Of a stretch of 64,000 bases of DNA, positions 11,249-23,628 are shown piece by piece. How positions within the stretch are numbered: the first letter of the stretch is position 1; each line of letters starts with the position of its first letter. The translations under genes and the position numbers were made by a program. This DNA comes from Escherichia phage vB_EcoM_P8. The notes below the pieces were generated by a model. The model made no database searches, was not told the origin of the DNA, and was given only the letters and a program-made list of their open reading frames with translations. Location of the stretch: sequence record PV390659.2. One strand, 5' to 3'.

Positions 11249-12108
11249 TGAAACAATACCAATTTTTAATTAAAGATATCCTGGAAAATGGTTACGAAAC
11301 CGATGACCGAACAGGCACAGGAACAATTGCTTTGTTTGGTACTAAATTACGCTGGGATTTAACTAAAGGTTTTCCTGCGGTAACAACTAAAAAATTAGCA
11401 TGGAAAGCCTGTATTGCTGAGCTAATATGGTTTTTATCGGGAAGCACAAATGTCAATGATTTGCGATTAATTCAACATGATTCATTAATTCAAGGCAAAA
11501 CAGTCTGGGATGAAAATTACGAAAATCAAGCAAAAGATTTAGGATACCATAGCGGTGAACTTGGTCCAATTTATGGAAAACAGTGGCGCGATTTTGGTGG
11601 CGTAGATCAAATTATAGAAGTTGTTGAACGTATTAAAAAACTGCCAAATGATAGACGTCAAATTGTTTCAGCATGGAATCCGGCAGAACTTAAGCAAATG
11701 GCATTACCGCCTTGTCATATGTTCTATCAGTTTAATGTGCGTAATGGCTATTTGGATCTGCAGTGGTATCAACGTTCGGTAGATGTTTTCCTCGGTCTTC
11801 CATTTAATATTGCATCATATGCTACGTTAGTTCATATTGTAGCTAAGATGTGTAATCTTATTCCAGGAGATTTGATATTTTCTGGTGGTAATACTCATAT
11901 CTATATGAATCACGTAGAACAATGTAAAGAAATTTTGCGTCGTGAACCTATGGATTTATGCGAATTACAATTAAAATTTCCAGATGAATTTGATGAATGG
12001 GACACAGAATCGCAGGTATTTTGGTTGAGTCAATTCGCAAAGCCGCATAATTTTGTTCTTAACAACTATGTATCTCACCCTCCTATTAAAGGAAAAATGG
12101 CGGTGTAA
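11248..12108 (+). CDS. td: Thymidylate synthase, uninterrupted (no group I intron)
   Basis: 286 aa from MKQYQFLIKD...; continuous ORF through the region where T4 td carries its intron; active-site PCH motif present. Confidence 0.9.
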
Positions 12109-12119
12109 TTTTAATTTAA

Positions 12120-12395
12120 TTGAGAGGATATATGATTTTACGATTTAAGGATACTTCTGGTGTCGTTCTTTTTACACTTCCTAACCCAAGTGAGTTAGAA
12201 GTTCCAGGACCAAATCAGCCTATTATCATTTATGGCAAAAAATATTATACTCATAAAATGACCCGTGAGTATTTTGATAATAAAATTTCCACAGTTAAAA
12301 CTTCTTCTGACTGTTATTATGATATTACTGTTTTAACGGAAAAACAATATGACGAATTATTACCGCGCGGGCCGTCTATGCCAGGTAGTGAATAA
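12120..12395 (+). CDS. Hypothetical protein (nrdA.2-like position)
   Basis: 91-aa ORF with SD GAGAGG upstream. Confidence 0.45.
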   Translation: MRGYMILRFKDTSGVVLFTLPNPSELEVPGPNQPIIIYGKKYYTHKMTREYFDNKISTVKTSSDCYYDITVLTEKQYDELLPRGPSMPGSE

Positions 12396-12675
12396 ATATA
12401 AATCCGACTTTGATGTTAATATTCACCGTGGTACATTTTGGGGAAATTACGTCGGTAAAGATGCTGGCAGCCGGGAGGCTGCCATTGAATTATTCAAAAA
12501 AGATTTTATACGTCGAATTAAATCCGGAGAAATAACTAAAGCACATTTAGAGCCTTTACGTGGAATGAGGCTAGGATGCACATGTAAACCAAAGCCGTGT
12601 CATGGTGATATAATAGCTCATATAGTTAACCGATTGTTTAAAGACGATTTTCAAGTTGAGGACTTATGCAATTAA
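12349..12675 (+). CDS. Hypothetical protein with Cys/His motif (nrdA.1-like position)
   Basis: 108-aa ORF containing [12 protein letters not shown]; true start may be downstream of 12349; overlaps previous ORF in another frame. Confidence 0.4.
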   Translation: MTNYYRAGRLCQVVNKYKSDFDVNIHRGTFWGNYVGKDAGSREAAIELFKKDFIRRIKSGEITKAHLEPLRGMRLGCTCKPKPCHGDIIAHIVNRLFKDDFQVEDLCN

Positions 12676-14930
12676 TTAATGTTATCAAAAGTAGTGGTGT
12701 TTCTCAGAGCTTTGACCCGCAAAAAATTATTAAAGTTTTATCTTGGGCAGCTGAAGGAACATCTGTAGATCCTTATGAATTATATGAAAATATTAAATCA
12801 TATCTCCGTGATGGAATGACAACTGATGACATTCAGACTATTGTCATTAAGGCTGCTGCGAATTCTATTTCAGTTGAAGAGCCTGATTATCAATATGTAG
12901 CTGCACGCTGTTTAATGTTCGCTCTTCGTAAGCATGTTTACGGGCAATATGAGCCCCGTTCATTTATTGATCACATTTCTTACTGTGTAAATGAAGGTAA
13001 ATACGACCCTGAATTGTTATCAAAATATTCTGCAGAAGAAATTACATTTTTAGAATCAAAAATTAAGCACGAGCGGGATATGGAATTTACTTATTCCGGG
13101 GCGATGCAATTAAAAGAAAAATATCTAGTTAAAGATAAAACCACTGGTCAAATTTATGAAACTCCGCAGTTTGCATTTATGACTATTGGAATGGCATTGC
13201 ATCAAGATGAACCTGTTGATAGATTAAAACATGTTATTCGTTTTTATGAAGCAGTATCTACTCGACAGATTTCATTACCAACTCCTATTATGGCTGGTTG
13301 CCGTACTCCAACTCGGCAGTTTAGTTCATGCGTTGTTATTGAGGCAGGTGATTCGCTGAAGTCTATCAATAAGGCTTCCGCTTCAATTGTTGAATATATC
13401 TCCAAACGAGCTGGAATCGGCATTAACGTTGGTATGATTCGTGCCGAAGGTTCTAAGATTGGCACAGGTGAAGTGCGTCATACTGGTGTTATTCCTTTTT
13501 GGAAACATTTTCAGACTGCTGTTAAATCATGTTCACAGGGCGGAATTCGTGGCGGCGCTGCTACTGCTTATTATCCTATTTGGCATTTGGAAGTTGAAAA
13601 TCTTCTCGTTTTGAAAAATAACAAAGGCGTAGAAGAAAACCGTATCCGTCATATGGATTATGGTGTTCAGCTGAATGACCTAATGATGGAACGATTCGGA
13701 AAGAACGATTACATTACTTTGTTTAGTCCGCATGAAATGGGTGGCGAACTTTATTATTCTTATTTTAAAGACCAAGACCGCTTCCGTGAATTGTACGAAG
13801 CTGCAGAAAAAGACCCTAATATTCGTAAAAAGCGTATTAAAGCTCGTGAACTATTTGAATTGCTCATGACTGAACGTTCAGGAACAGCAAGGATTTATGT
13901 ACAGTTCATTGATAATACGAATAACTATACTCCATTTATTCGTGAAAAGGCACCTATTCGCCAGAGTAACTTGTGTTGTGAAATTGCTATTCCAACAAAT
14001 GATGTGAATAGTCCTGATGCCGAAATTGGATTGTGTACGTTATCTGCATTTGTGTTAGATAACTTCGATTGGCAAGACCAAGATAAAATTAATGAATTAG
14101 CAGAAGTTCAAGTTCGTGCTCTTGATAATCTTTTGGATTACCAAGGATATCCAGTTCCTGAAGCAGAAAAAGCTAAAAAGCGTCGAAATCTTGGTGTAGG
14201 TGTTACTAACTATGCAGCTTGGCTGGCAAGTAATTTTGCTTCTTATGAAGATGCTAACGATTTAACACATGAACTATTTGAGAGATTACAGTATGGACTC
14301 ATTAAAGCATCCATTAAACTCGCCAAAGAAAAAGGACCTTGCGAATATTATTCAGACACTCGTTGGTCTCGAGGCGAATTACCTATCGACTGGTACAATA
14401 AAAAGATTGACCAAATCGCAGCTCCAAAATACGTTTGTGACTGGTCGTCGCTGCGGGAAGACCTTAAGCTCTTTGGCATCCGTAATAGCACATTATCAGC
14501 ACTTATGCCATGTGAGTCATCTTCCCAAGTTTCTAACAGTACAAACGGTATCGAGCCTCCACGTGGACCAGTCTCTGTTAAAGAGTCAAAAGAGGGTTCC
14601 TTTAATCAAGTCGTGCCCAATATTGAGCATAACATAGACTTATATGATTATACGTGGAAATTAGCTAAGAAAGGTAATAAACCTTATCTTACACAGGTAG
14701 CTATTATGCTTAAATGGGTGTGTCAATCAGCTTCAGCGAATACATATTATGACCCGCAGATTTTTCCAAAAGGAAAGGTTCCAATGTCTGTGATGATTGA
14801 TGACCTTTTGTACTTTTGGTATTTTGGCGGAAAAAATTTCTATTATCATAATACCCGCGATGGTTCTGGTACTGATGATTATGAAATAGAAACTCCAAAA
14901 GCTGAAGATTGTTCATCCTGTAAATTATGA
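12666..14930 (+). CDS. nrdA: Ribonucleotide reductase large subunit (aerobic class Ia)
   Basis: 754 aa, equals T4 NrdA length; N-terminal ATP-cone and RNR catalytic-region motifs. Confidence 0.95.
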   Translation: MQLINVIKSSGVSQSFDPQKIIKVLSWAAEGTSVDPYELYENIKSYLRDGMTTDDIQTIVIKAAANSISVEEPDYQYVAARCLMFALRKHVYGQYEPRSFIDHISYCVNEGKYDPELLSKYSAEEITFLESKIKHERDMEFTYSGAMQLKEKYLVKDKTTGQIYETPQFAFMTIGMALHQDEPVDRLKHVIRFYEAVSTRQISLPTPIMAGCRTPTRQFSSCVVIEAGDSLKSINKASASIVEYISKRAGIGINVGMIRAEGSKIGTGEVRHTGVIPFWKHFQTAVKSCSQGGIRGGAATAYYPIWHLEVENLLVLKNNKGVEENRIRHMDYGVQLNDLMMERFGKNDYITLFSPHEMGGELYYSYFKDQDRFRELYEAAEKDPNIRKKRIKARELFELLMTERSGTARIYVQFIDNTNNYTPFIREKAPIRQSNLCCEIAIPTNDVNSPDAEIGLCTLSAFVLDNFDWQDQDKINELAEVQVRALDNLLDYQGYPVPEAEKAKKRRNLGVGVTNYAAWLASNFASYEDANDLTHELFERLQYGLIKASIKLAKEKGPCEYYSDTRWSRGELPIDWYNKKIDQIAAPKYVCDWSSLREDLKLFGIRNSTLSALMPCESSSQVSNSTNGIEPPRGPVSVKESKEGSFNQVVPNIEHNIDLYDYTWKLAKKGNKPYLTQVAIMLKWVCQSASANTYYDPQIFPKGKVPMSVMIDDLLYFWYFGGKNFYYHNTRDGSGTDDYEIETPKAEDCSSCKL

Positions 14931-14981
14931 TATAATTTGACTCACGGACGAGTCACTATCTATTAACTAAGCGGAAAATTT

Positions 14982-16160
14982 ATGAGCACAGTTTTTAATA
15001 CAAATCCAGTTGATGTTTTAAAAGAACCTATGTTCTTCGGTTCAGGTCTTGGTATTGCGCGTTATGATATTCAACGTCATAAAGTTTTTGAAGATTTAAC
15101 CGAAAAGCAGTTGTCATTTTTCTGGCGTCCTGAAGAAGTAAACTTGATGATGGATGCTGCACAATTTAACAAGCTTCCTCAGTATCAGCAAGATATTTTT
15201 ACTAATAACCTGAAGTATCAATCACTTTTGGATAGCATTCAGGGTCGTGCACCGTCTGCTGTACTTATGTCGTTAATTTCAGACCCAAGTCTTGATACAT
15301 GGGTTGCTACATGGACTTTTAGTGAAACTATTCACAGTCGTTCATATACTCATATCATGCGAAATCTTTATACTGATCCATCAAAGGTATTTGATGAGAT
15401 TGTATTAGATGAAGATATTATGAAACGTGCTGAGTCCATTGGTCGTTATTACGATGATGTTCTCAATAAGACCCGTGAATGGGAAAATGCTAAAGAATTT
15501 GTAGAACTAGCTAAAGAATCTCCTGATGCTGATTTTCGTTTAAATCGAGCTATTAAACAAGAAGCCGAAGCTAAACGAGCACTAATGAAATCTCTTTATC
15601 TTTGCCTTCATGTAATCAACGCATTGGAAGCTATTCGTTTTTACGTATCTTTCGCATGTACCTTTAACTTCCATAAAAACATGGAAATCATGGAAGGTAA
15701 TGCTAAGATTATGAAGTTTATTGCGCGTGATGAGCAACTTCATCTTAAAGGCACTCAATATATTATTCGTCAACTTCAACTTGGCACTGACGGTGATGAA
15801 TGGGTTAAAATTGCTCAAGAGTGTGAACAAGAAGCAGTTGATATTTTCATGGAAGTTAACCGTCAAGAAAAAGACTGGGCAGTTCATTTATTTAAAGATG
15901 GCGATGTTCCTGGATTAAATACAAATAGCATGTGGAGCTTTATTGATTACTTAACTGTATCTCGTATGAAACAGTGCGGTCTTCCATGCCCAATTACCGA
16001 TGCTCCGGTTAAACATCCATATCCTTGGATTCGTGAATACCTTAATTCTGATAATGTTCAATCCGCGCCGCAAGAAGTAGAACTGTCATCTTACCTTGTT
16101 GCACAGATTGATAATGATGTTGATGATAAAGTTATGATGAGTTTTAAAAAATATTTTTAA
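14982..16160 (+). CDS. nrdB: Ribonucleotide reductase small subunit, uninterrupted (no intron)
   Basis: 392-aa continuous ORF with di-iron ligand motifs (e.g. ETIHSRSY); no intervening intron or endonuclease ORF. Confidence 0.95.
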   Translation: MSTVFNTNPVDVLKEPMFFGSGLGIARYDIQRHKVFEDLTEKQLSFFWRPEEVNLMMDAAQFNKLPQYQQDIFTNNLKYQSLLDSIQGRAPSAVLMSLISDPSLDTWVATWTFSETIHSRSYTHIMRNLYTDPSKVFDEIVLDEDIMKRAESIGRYYDDVLNKTREWENAKEFVELAKESPDADFRLNRAIKQEAEAKRALMKSLYLCLHVINALEAIRFYVSFACTFNFHKNMEIMEGNAKIMKFIARDEQLHLKGTQYIIRQLQLGTDGDEWVKIAQECEQEAVDIFMEVNRQEKDWAVHLFKDGDVPGLNTNSMWSFIDYLTVSRMKQCGLPCPITDAPVKHPYPWIREYLNSDNVQSAPQEVELSSYLVAQIDNDVDDKVMMSFKKYF

Positions 16161-16164
16161 GGAG

Positions 16165-16186
16165 TGGGCCGCAAGGCCCATTTTAT
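16165..16186 (+). terminator. Hairpin after nrdB (terminator and/or split-SD structure for denA)
   Basis: TGGGCC-GCAA-GGCCCA followed by TTTTATT; lies between SD GGAG (16161-16164) and the denA ATG (16188). Confidence 0.45.
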
Positions 16187-16187
16187 T

Positions 16188-17775
<1,588 letters not shown>

Positions 17776-17778
17776 GCT

Positions 17779-17833
17779 GTTTACAAGTCCCTCGTGATGT
17801 GTTACAGTAGTCTTACTGACATAACATGAGGAC
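17779..17833 (+). promoter_or_regulatory. Early promoter plus conserved leader, copy 1 (upstream of alc)
   Basis: GTTTACAAGTCCCTCGTGATGTGTTACAGTAGTCTTACTGACATAACATGAGGAC; 50/55 identical to copy at 33241-33295. Confidence 0.5.
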
Positions 17834-17839
17834 TTTATG

Positions 17840-18343
17840 ATGGATTTGCAGCTTATTACTACTGAGATGGTCGTTGAAGCATACGGTGATACTACAGATG
17901 GGATTTCTGTATTTAAAGGAAATCGTCGAGTTGGATATATCACCGATCTTAAGAAAGATTTAGCTAAGCAAGTCAAGCGGAAAACGACCATTAAAGAATA
18001 TCGAAATCGTCGTCTTGAGCAAGCCCGTGATATGCTTCCTGACGCAGTTGAGGAGATGAAAGTCTTTTTAGAAAATCAGCTTGCGAAATATGATTGTGAT
18101 GTGTTCATTAATCAGACTCAACCTAATGTTCATATTAACAACTGTAAATGCTATATCATCGTTAATCCTTTGACGGGAAAACATCGTCTTGGAATTAGTA
18201 ATCCAAATCGTAGCGCATCAGATATGGCAGAAGATGTTGAGGCATGCTTTAAAATTTCTAAATCTCCTGCTGAACATCATATTTTAATTAACGGTCTTTC
18301 TCAAGACGATATTATAGAGGTTATTAAAACTTTATGCAATTAA
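17840..18343 (+). CDS. alc: Probable Alc (host transcription terminator targeting cytosine DNA)
   Basis: 167 aa from the second Met, matching recalled T4 Alc length and its map position between gene 63 and pseT; assignment by size and synteny only. Confidence 0.55.
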   Translation: MDLQLITTEMVVEAYGDTTDGISVFKGNRRVGYITDLKKDLAKQVKRKTTIKEYRNRRLEQARDMLPDAVEEMKVFLENQLAKYDCDVFINQTQPNVHINNCKCYIIVNPLTGKHRLGISNPNRSASDMAEDVEACFKISKSPAEHHILINGLSQDDIIEVIKTLCN

Positions 18344-18687
18344 GTAATACGACAGCAGGCTTGCTATTAATTGTAATTGCATTGGGCGGAACTTCTTTAA
18401 TTTTAAAAAATAAAATTGAAAGATTAGAAACGTCTGTTGTAGAAATTACAAAAACGGCCAATGAAAACGCTTTAGCATTAAATAATTTGCGAATTCAGTA
18501 TAATTATATTGATGCGATGAATAATAAAAATCGTGAGGCAATTGCTGCTATTGAGCGTGAAAATGAAAAACTGTGCAAAGACGCAAAGAAGGCGGATGTG
18601 GTGGCTCATAAGCCAGGATTGGTTGAAAAACAAATCAACAACTCCTTCAACAAGTTCGCAGAAGACATCCAGGACCTTTCTAAATGA
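18334..18687 (+). CDS. Putative i-spanin (Rz-like; pseT.3-like)
   Basis: 117 aa; N-terminal hydrophobic segment (AGLLLIVIALGGTSLIL) followed by a charged helical region; immediately upstream of a lipoprotein ORF. Confidence 0.5.
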   Translation: MQLSNTTAGLLLIVIALGGTSLILKNKIERLETSVVEITKTANENALALNNLRIQYNYIDAMNNKNREAIAAIERENEKLCKDAKKADVVAHKPGLVEKQINNSFNKFAEDIQDLSK

Positions 18688-18983
18688 TTAAACTATCAGC
18701 AGTAATATTATCTATTGGTCTTCTAGTTGGTTGTTCGACAAAGCCTCTAGAAGTAAAGAAAGAAACAGTTCATCCTAATTGGCCTGTACAAATAAAGTCA
18801 TATGATGAAGCTAAACTATCTTGGCAAGTTAAAGTTATTGATGGTAAAGCTTGGGTCGGTATGCCATTCGAAGATTCCCAGGAATTTCGTATTTGGCTTA
18901 ATGATGTAAAACGATATGTGCATGATCAGAAAACTATGATATGTTATTATCGCCAAGAGTTAAAAGAGGATAAATGCAAATGA
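18684..18983 (+). CDS. Putative o-spanin lipoprotein (Rz1-like; pseT.2-like)
   Basis: 99 aa; signal peptide with lipobox (LSIGLLVGCST). Confidence 0.55.
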   Translation: MIKLSAVILSIGLLVGCSTKPLEVKKETVHPNWPVQIKSYDEAKLSWQVKVIDGKAWVGMPFEDSQEFRIWLNDVKRYVHDQKTMICYYRQELKEDKCK

Positions 18984-19206
18984 TTTCATGGCATCAATTT
19001 GAACATCTCAAAGGATTGATTTATGAATCCGAGATGGCTGCAATGATTTATGGACGCCAGATTCAGCGGTTAGAATCTTTACCTCCAACTAATGATGTTT
19101 TATTAGCTCAATCTCGGGCTAATCTTAAAAATGAATACCAAAATAAGTGGGGTAAAGCATCTAAAGACCTGCATGATTATATTCAATCATTAGTTGAGAA
19201 AAATAA

Positions 19207-19210
<4 letters not shown>
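18974..19210 (+). CDS. Hypothetical protein
   Basis: 78-aa ORF, overlapping stop/start with neighbours. Confidence 0.45.
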
Positions 19211-20414
<1,204 letters not shown>

Positions 20415-20611
20415 TGGCGTGGCATCATGAAACTTGGTCTATTGTTATTGTAAATAGCGGTTTAGTTGGTACTAGTAATGGGCAATTTTGTGTATTCACT
20501 AGTGAAATCAGAGCTTGGGAGGAATGTCTTAAATTAAGAGAAAAGAATCCTGATGTTGAACTAACAGTAAAGAAAACTAAACTGCCTTTACCATGGAAAA
20601 CTTATGAATAA
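20415..20611 (+). CDS. Hypothetical protein (cd.5-like position)
   Basis: 65-aa ORF from ATG at 20415 (MAWHHETWS...). Confidence 0.4.
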
Positions 20612-20804
20612 CATAGAAAAGATTTATCGACTTTGTGATAAAATTGAAAAAGAAAAGAAATATCTATTTTGTTTATGGCCTATTGTTGATGGAAGAGTAG
20701 ACTTAGATATTCTTGATTATGAAACAGAAGACATAGTAGATGGTTCAACTTTTGATAATGCGTTGGATGTTATTAATTGGCTTGAAGAAAATTATGTGAG
20801 GTGA
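20604..20804 (+). CDS. Hypothetical protein
   Basis: 66-aa ORF. Confidence 0.4.
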   Translation: MNNIEKIYRLCDKIEKEKKYLFCLWPIVDGRVDLDILDYETEDIVDGSTFDNALDVINWLEENYVR

Positions 20805-21082
20805 ATATGTTTCCGACTTATTCTAAAATCGTAGAAGTAGTGTTTAGTCAAATTATCGCTAATAATATGTTTGAAAAGCTTGATAACGCAGCCGAGCTTC
20901 GAATTCATGCTCAAGTGACTCATGTATTGAACACTTTGCTTCCAGACCAGGTGGATTCTATTGCAATTACGCTGTATCCGGGTTCCGCGCATATCATTGT
21001 CGTATTTGGTCTTGATGCTGAGCTAGTCATCAAAGGTGATATTCGCTTTGAATCACAGACATCAGAATTCAAGGCAATTTAA
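20801..21082 (+). CDS. Hypothetical protein
   Basis: 93-aa ORF. Confidence 0.4.
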   Translation: MNMFPTYSKIVEVVFSQIIANNMFEKLDNAAELRIHAQVTHVLNTLLPDQVDSIAITLYPGSAHIIVVFGLDAELVIKGDIRFESQTSEFKAI

Positions 21083-21084
21083 TA

Positions 21085-21128
21085 GTTTACTTTTTGGTAG
21101 AGTTGTGATATTATAGCTCTACCAAAAA
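21085..21128 (+). promoter_or_regulatory. Early promoter with 12-bp inverted repeat around the -10
   Basis: GTTTAC 21085-21090; TATTAT 21109-21114; arms TTTTTGGTAGAG (21091-21102) and CTCTACCAAAAA (21117-21128). Confidence 0.5.
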
Positions 21129-21145
21129 CAAATGAGGAAATTGAA

Positions 21146-21382
21146 ATGCTAAGTGAAAAACCAATTACTGTTAAAGAATTTCAAGAAAAAGTTAAACTAT
21201 TTGCTCAGGAATTGGTAAATAAGGTTTCTGAACGATTTCCTGAAACATCGGTTCGTGTTATTACCGAAACTCCTCGTTCAGTATTAGTAATTGTGAATCC
21301 AGGTGATGGTGACCAAATAACACATCTTAAACTGGATTTTGATGGATTAGTTGAAGCACAAAGGGTGTATGGCGTACTATGA
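21146..21382 (+). CDS. Hypothetical protein
   Basis: 78-aa ORF with SD GAGGA (21133-21137) and early-type promoter upstream. Confidence 0.5.
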   Translation: MLSEKPITVKEFQEKVKLFAQELVNKVSERFPETSVRVITETPRSVLVIVNPGDGDQITHLKLDFDGLVEAQRVYGVL

Positions 21383-21717
21383 TGAATTTAACTGATATAA
21401 TTGATAATTGTCTTGAAAATGATACTGGCGATCATAGAGCGCTTGATTCTGAAACAGCACAGTTCATTAGAATAACTTTAATGAATGATACTCTAGTGAA
21501 TAGCATTCATCCTTCTGTGTATGATGCTATTATTGTGACGAAGTATCCAGTTGAGCTTCACAAAAAGATGGCTGGTGCAATTTTCATTGATAAGAAAAAC
21601 CGCTTTAAAGATGGGCAGAATATAATTAGTTCTGTTATTAAAAGTATAACTAAACTTCGTCACGAAATTTATCGTGTTGAAACTGCTAAATCTGCTTATC
21701 TGGTGATTATGAAATGA
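21379..21717 (+). CDS. Hypothetical protein
   Basis: 112-aa ORF; stop overlaps cd start. Confidence 0.45.
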   Translation: MMNLTDIIDNCLENDTGDHRALDSETAQFIRITLMNDTLVNSIHPSVYDAIIVTKYPVELHKKMAGAIFIDKKNRFKDGQNIISSVIKSITKLRHEIYRVETAKSAYLVIMK

Positions 21718-22295
21718 AAGCGAGTACAGTACTTCAAATTGCATATTTAGTATCACAAGAATCAAAATGTTGCTCCTGGAAGGTAGGAGCAGTAATTGAA
21801 AAGAATGGACGTATTATTTCTACCGGATATAATGGTTCACCTGCCGGGGGTGTGAATTGCTGCGATTATGCTGCTGAGCAAGGTTGGTTGCTGAATAAGC
21901 CTAAACATACTATCATTCAAGGTCATAAGCCTGAATGTGTATCATTTGGTTCAACTGATCGTTTTGTCTTGGCGAAAGAACATCGCAGCGCTCACTCTGA
22001 ATGGTCGTCTAAAAATGAAATTCATGCTGAACAAAATGCGATTTTGTTTGCTGCACGAAATGGTTCTTCAATTGAAGGTGCTACTATGTATGTAACACTT
22101 TCTCCTTGCCCAGATTGTGCAAAAGCAATAGCTCAATCTGGAATTAAAAAGCTAGTTTATTGCGAAACATACGATAAAAATAAACCTGGCTGGGATGATA
22201 TTCTGCGAAATGCAGGTATTGAAGTGTTTAATGTTCCTAAGAAAAACTTGAATAAGTTAAACTGGGAAAATATCAACGAATTCTGTGGTGAATAA
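21714..22295 (+). CDS. cd: dCMP deaminase
   Basis: 193 aa; cytidine/dCMP deaminase zinc-binding motifs (HAEQNAI ... PCPDCAKAI). Confidence 0.9.
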   Translation: MKASTVLQIAYLVSQESKCCSWKVGAVIEKNGRIISTGYNGSPAGGVNCCDYAAEQGWLLNKPKHTIIQGHKPECVSFGSTDRFVLAKEHRSAHSEWSSKNEIHAEQNAILFAARNGSSIEGATMYVTLSPCPDCAKAIAQSGIKKLVYCETYDKNKPGWDDILRNAGIEVFNVPKKNLNKLNWENINEFCGE

Positions 22296-22531
22296 TGAAA
22301 TTTCGTTTGGTACAGCTCACAGCAATTAGTTCTTATTCTAACGAGAACATTTCATTTGCTGTAGAGTATAAGAAATATTTTTTCTCTAAATGGAAGCAGT
22401 ATTATAAGTCAGAATGGGTTTGTATTGATAGACCTTATAGTTGGAAATCTGATTTAGAAAAATGCCAAAAGTTGCTTTCCACTCTTAAAGAACGTGGAAC
22501 AACCCATATTAAAACTGTGATAGGCAAATAA
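22295..22531 (+). CDS. Hypothetical protein (31.2-like position)
   Basis: 78-aa ORF. Confidence 0.4.
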   Translation: MKFRLVQLTAISSYSNENISFAVEYKKYFFSKWKQYYKSEWVCIDRPYSWKSDLEKCQKLLSTLKERGTTHIKTVIGK

Positions 22532-22840
22532 ATGAAACTGACGACTGAACAAAAAGTAGCAATTCGTGAAATTTTGAAAACTAAATTGTCCATGGGTATT
22601 TCAAACGTGGTTTTTGAAAAGTCTGATGGTACTATTCGTACTATGAAAGGTACTCGTGATGCAGACTTTATGCCAACCATGCAAACCGGTAAATTGACTG
22701 AATCTACTCGGAAAGAATCTACTGATATGATTCCAGTATTTGATGTTGAACTCGGTGCATGGCGAGGTTTTTCTATTGACAAATTGATTTCCGTTAATGG
22801 CATGAAAGTTGAGCATTTGCTTCAATTTATTGGTAAATAA
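22532..22840 (+). CDS. Hypothetical protein (31.1-like position)
   Basis: 102-aa ORF. Confidence 0.45.
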   Translation: MKLTTEQKVAIREILKTKLSMGISNVVFEKSDGTIRTMKGTRDADFMPTMQTGKLTESTRKESTDMIPVFDVELGAWRGFSIDKLISVNGMKVEHLLQFIGK

Positions 22841-22896
22841 ATGCTTTAAGAATTATTTGTTATTATTAATTCATCTGTTAACAAAAAGGAAAAACG

Positions 22897-23232
22897 ATGT
22901 CTGAAGTACAACAGCTACCAATTCGTGCTGTCGGTGAATATGTTATTTTAGTTTCTGAACCTGCACAAGCCGGTGATGAAGAAGTTACAGAATCAGGACT
23001 TATTATCGGTAAACGTGTCCAAGGTGAAGTTCCTGAACTGTGTGTAGTTCACTCTGTTGGTCCTGATGTTCCTGAAGGTTTCTGCGAAGTTGGTGATTTG
23101 ACTTCTCTTCCAGTTGGTCAAATTCGAAACGTTCCGCATCCTTTTGTAGCTCTGGGTCTTAAGCAGCCAAAAGAAATTAAACAAAAATTCGTTACTTGTC
23201 ACTATAAAGCTATTCCGTGTCTTTATAAGTGA
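22897..23232 (+). CDS. 31: Head assembly co-chaperonin gp31 (GroES-like)
   Basis: 111 aa, [30 protein letters not shown]...; matches T4 gp31. Confidence 0.9.
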
Positions 23233-23379
23233 TATAAATAATAATATGAATTGGGTGTCGGAATAATAAGTTAACCGAACAATTCTATGTGGTAGTCTAC
23301 AACTGAGAGATCTGTCGAAAGAAGATGAAATTCAGAAGAACGTGACTACCGAGTTTTAATCTCTAACGAGAATTTTTAA

Positions 23380-23628
23380 ATGATTAAACAATTACAACAC
23401 GCTCTTGAACTGCAACGAAACGCATGGAATAATGGTCACGAAAACTATGGCGCATCTATTGATGTTGAAGCCGAAGCCCTTGAAATCCTGCGTTATTTCA
23501 AACATCTGAATCCTGCTCAAACTGCATTAGCTGCTGAGCTCCAGGAAAAAGATGAACTTAAATATGCTAAGCCTCTGGCTTCTGCTGCACGAAAAGCAGT
23601 TCGTCACTTTGTGGTAACACTGAAGTAA
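23380..23628 (+). CDS. rIII: Lysis inhibition accessory protein rIII
   Basis: 82 aa; size and position downstream of gene 31 as in T4. Confidence 0.65.
   Translation: MIKQLQHALELQRNAWNNGHENYGASIDVEAEALEILRYFKHLNPAQTALAAELQEKDELKYAKPLASAARKAVRHFVVTLK

Noticed and set aside
13244-14637. ORFs 13244-13465 (-) and 14269-14637 (+) within nrdA.
   Set aside because: Out of frame or antisense to a highly conserved RNR large-subunit ORF.
16164-16187. Upstream GTG start extending denA (ORF-track start 16164).
   Set aside because: The GTG directly abuts the SD with zero spacing and the extension runs through the hairpin; ATG at 16188 gives the expected 136-aa product.
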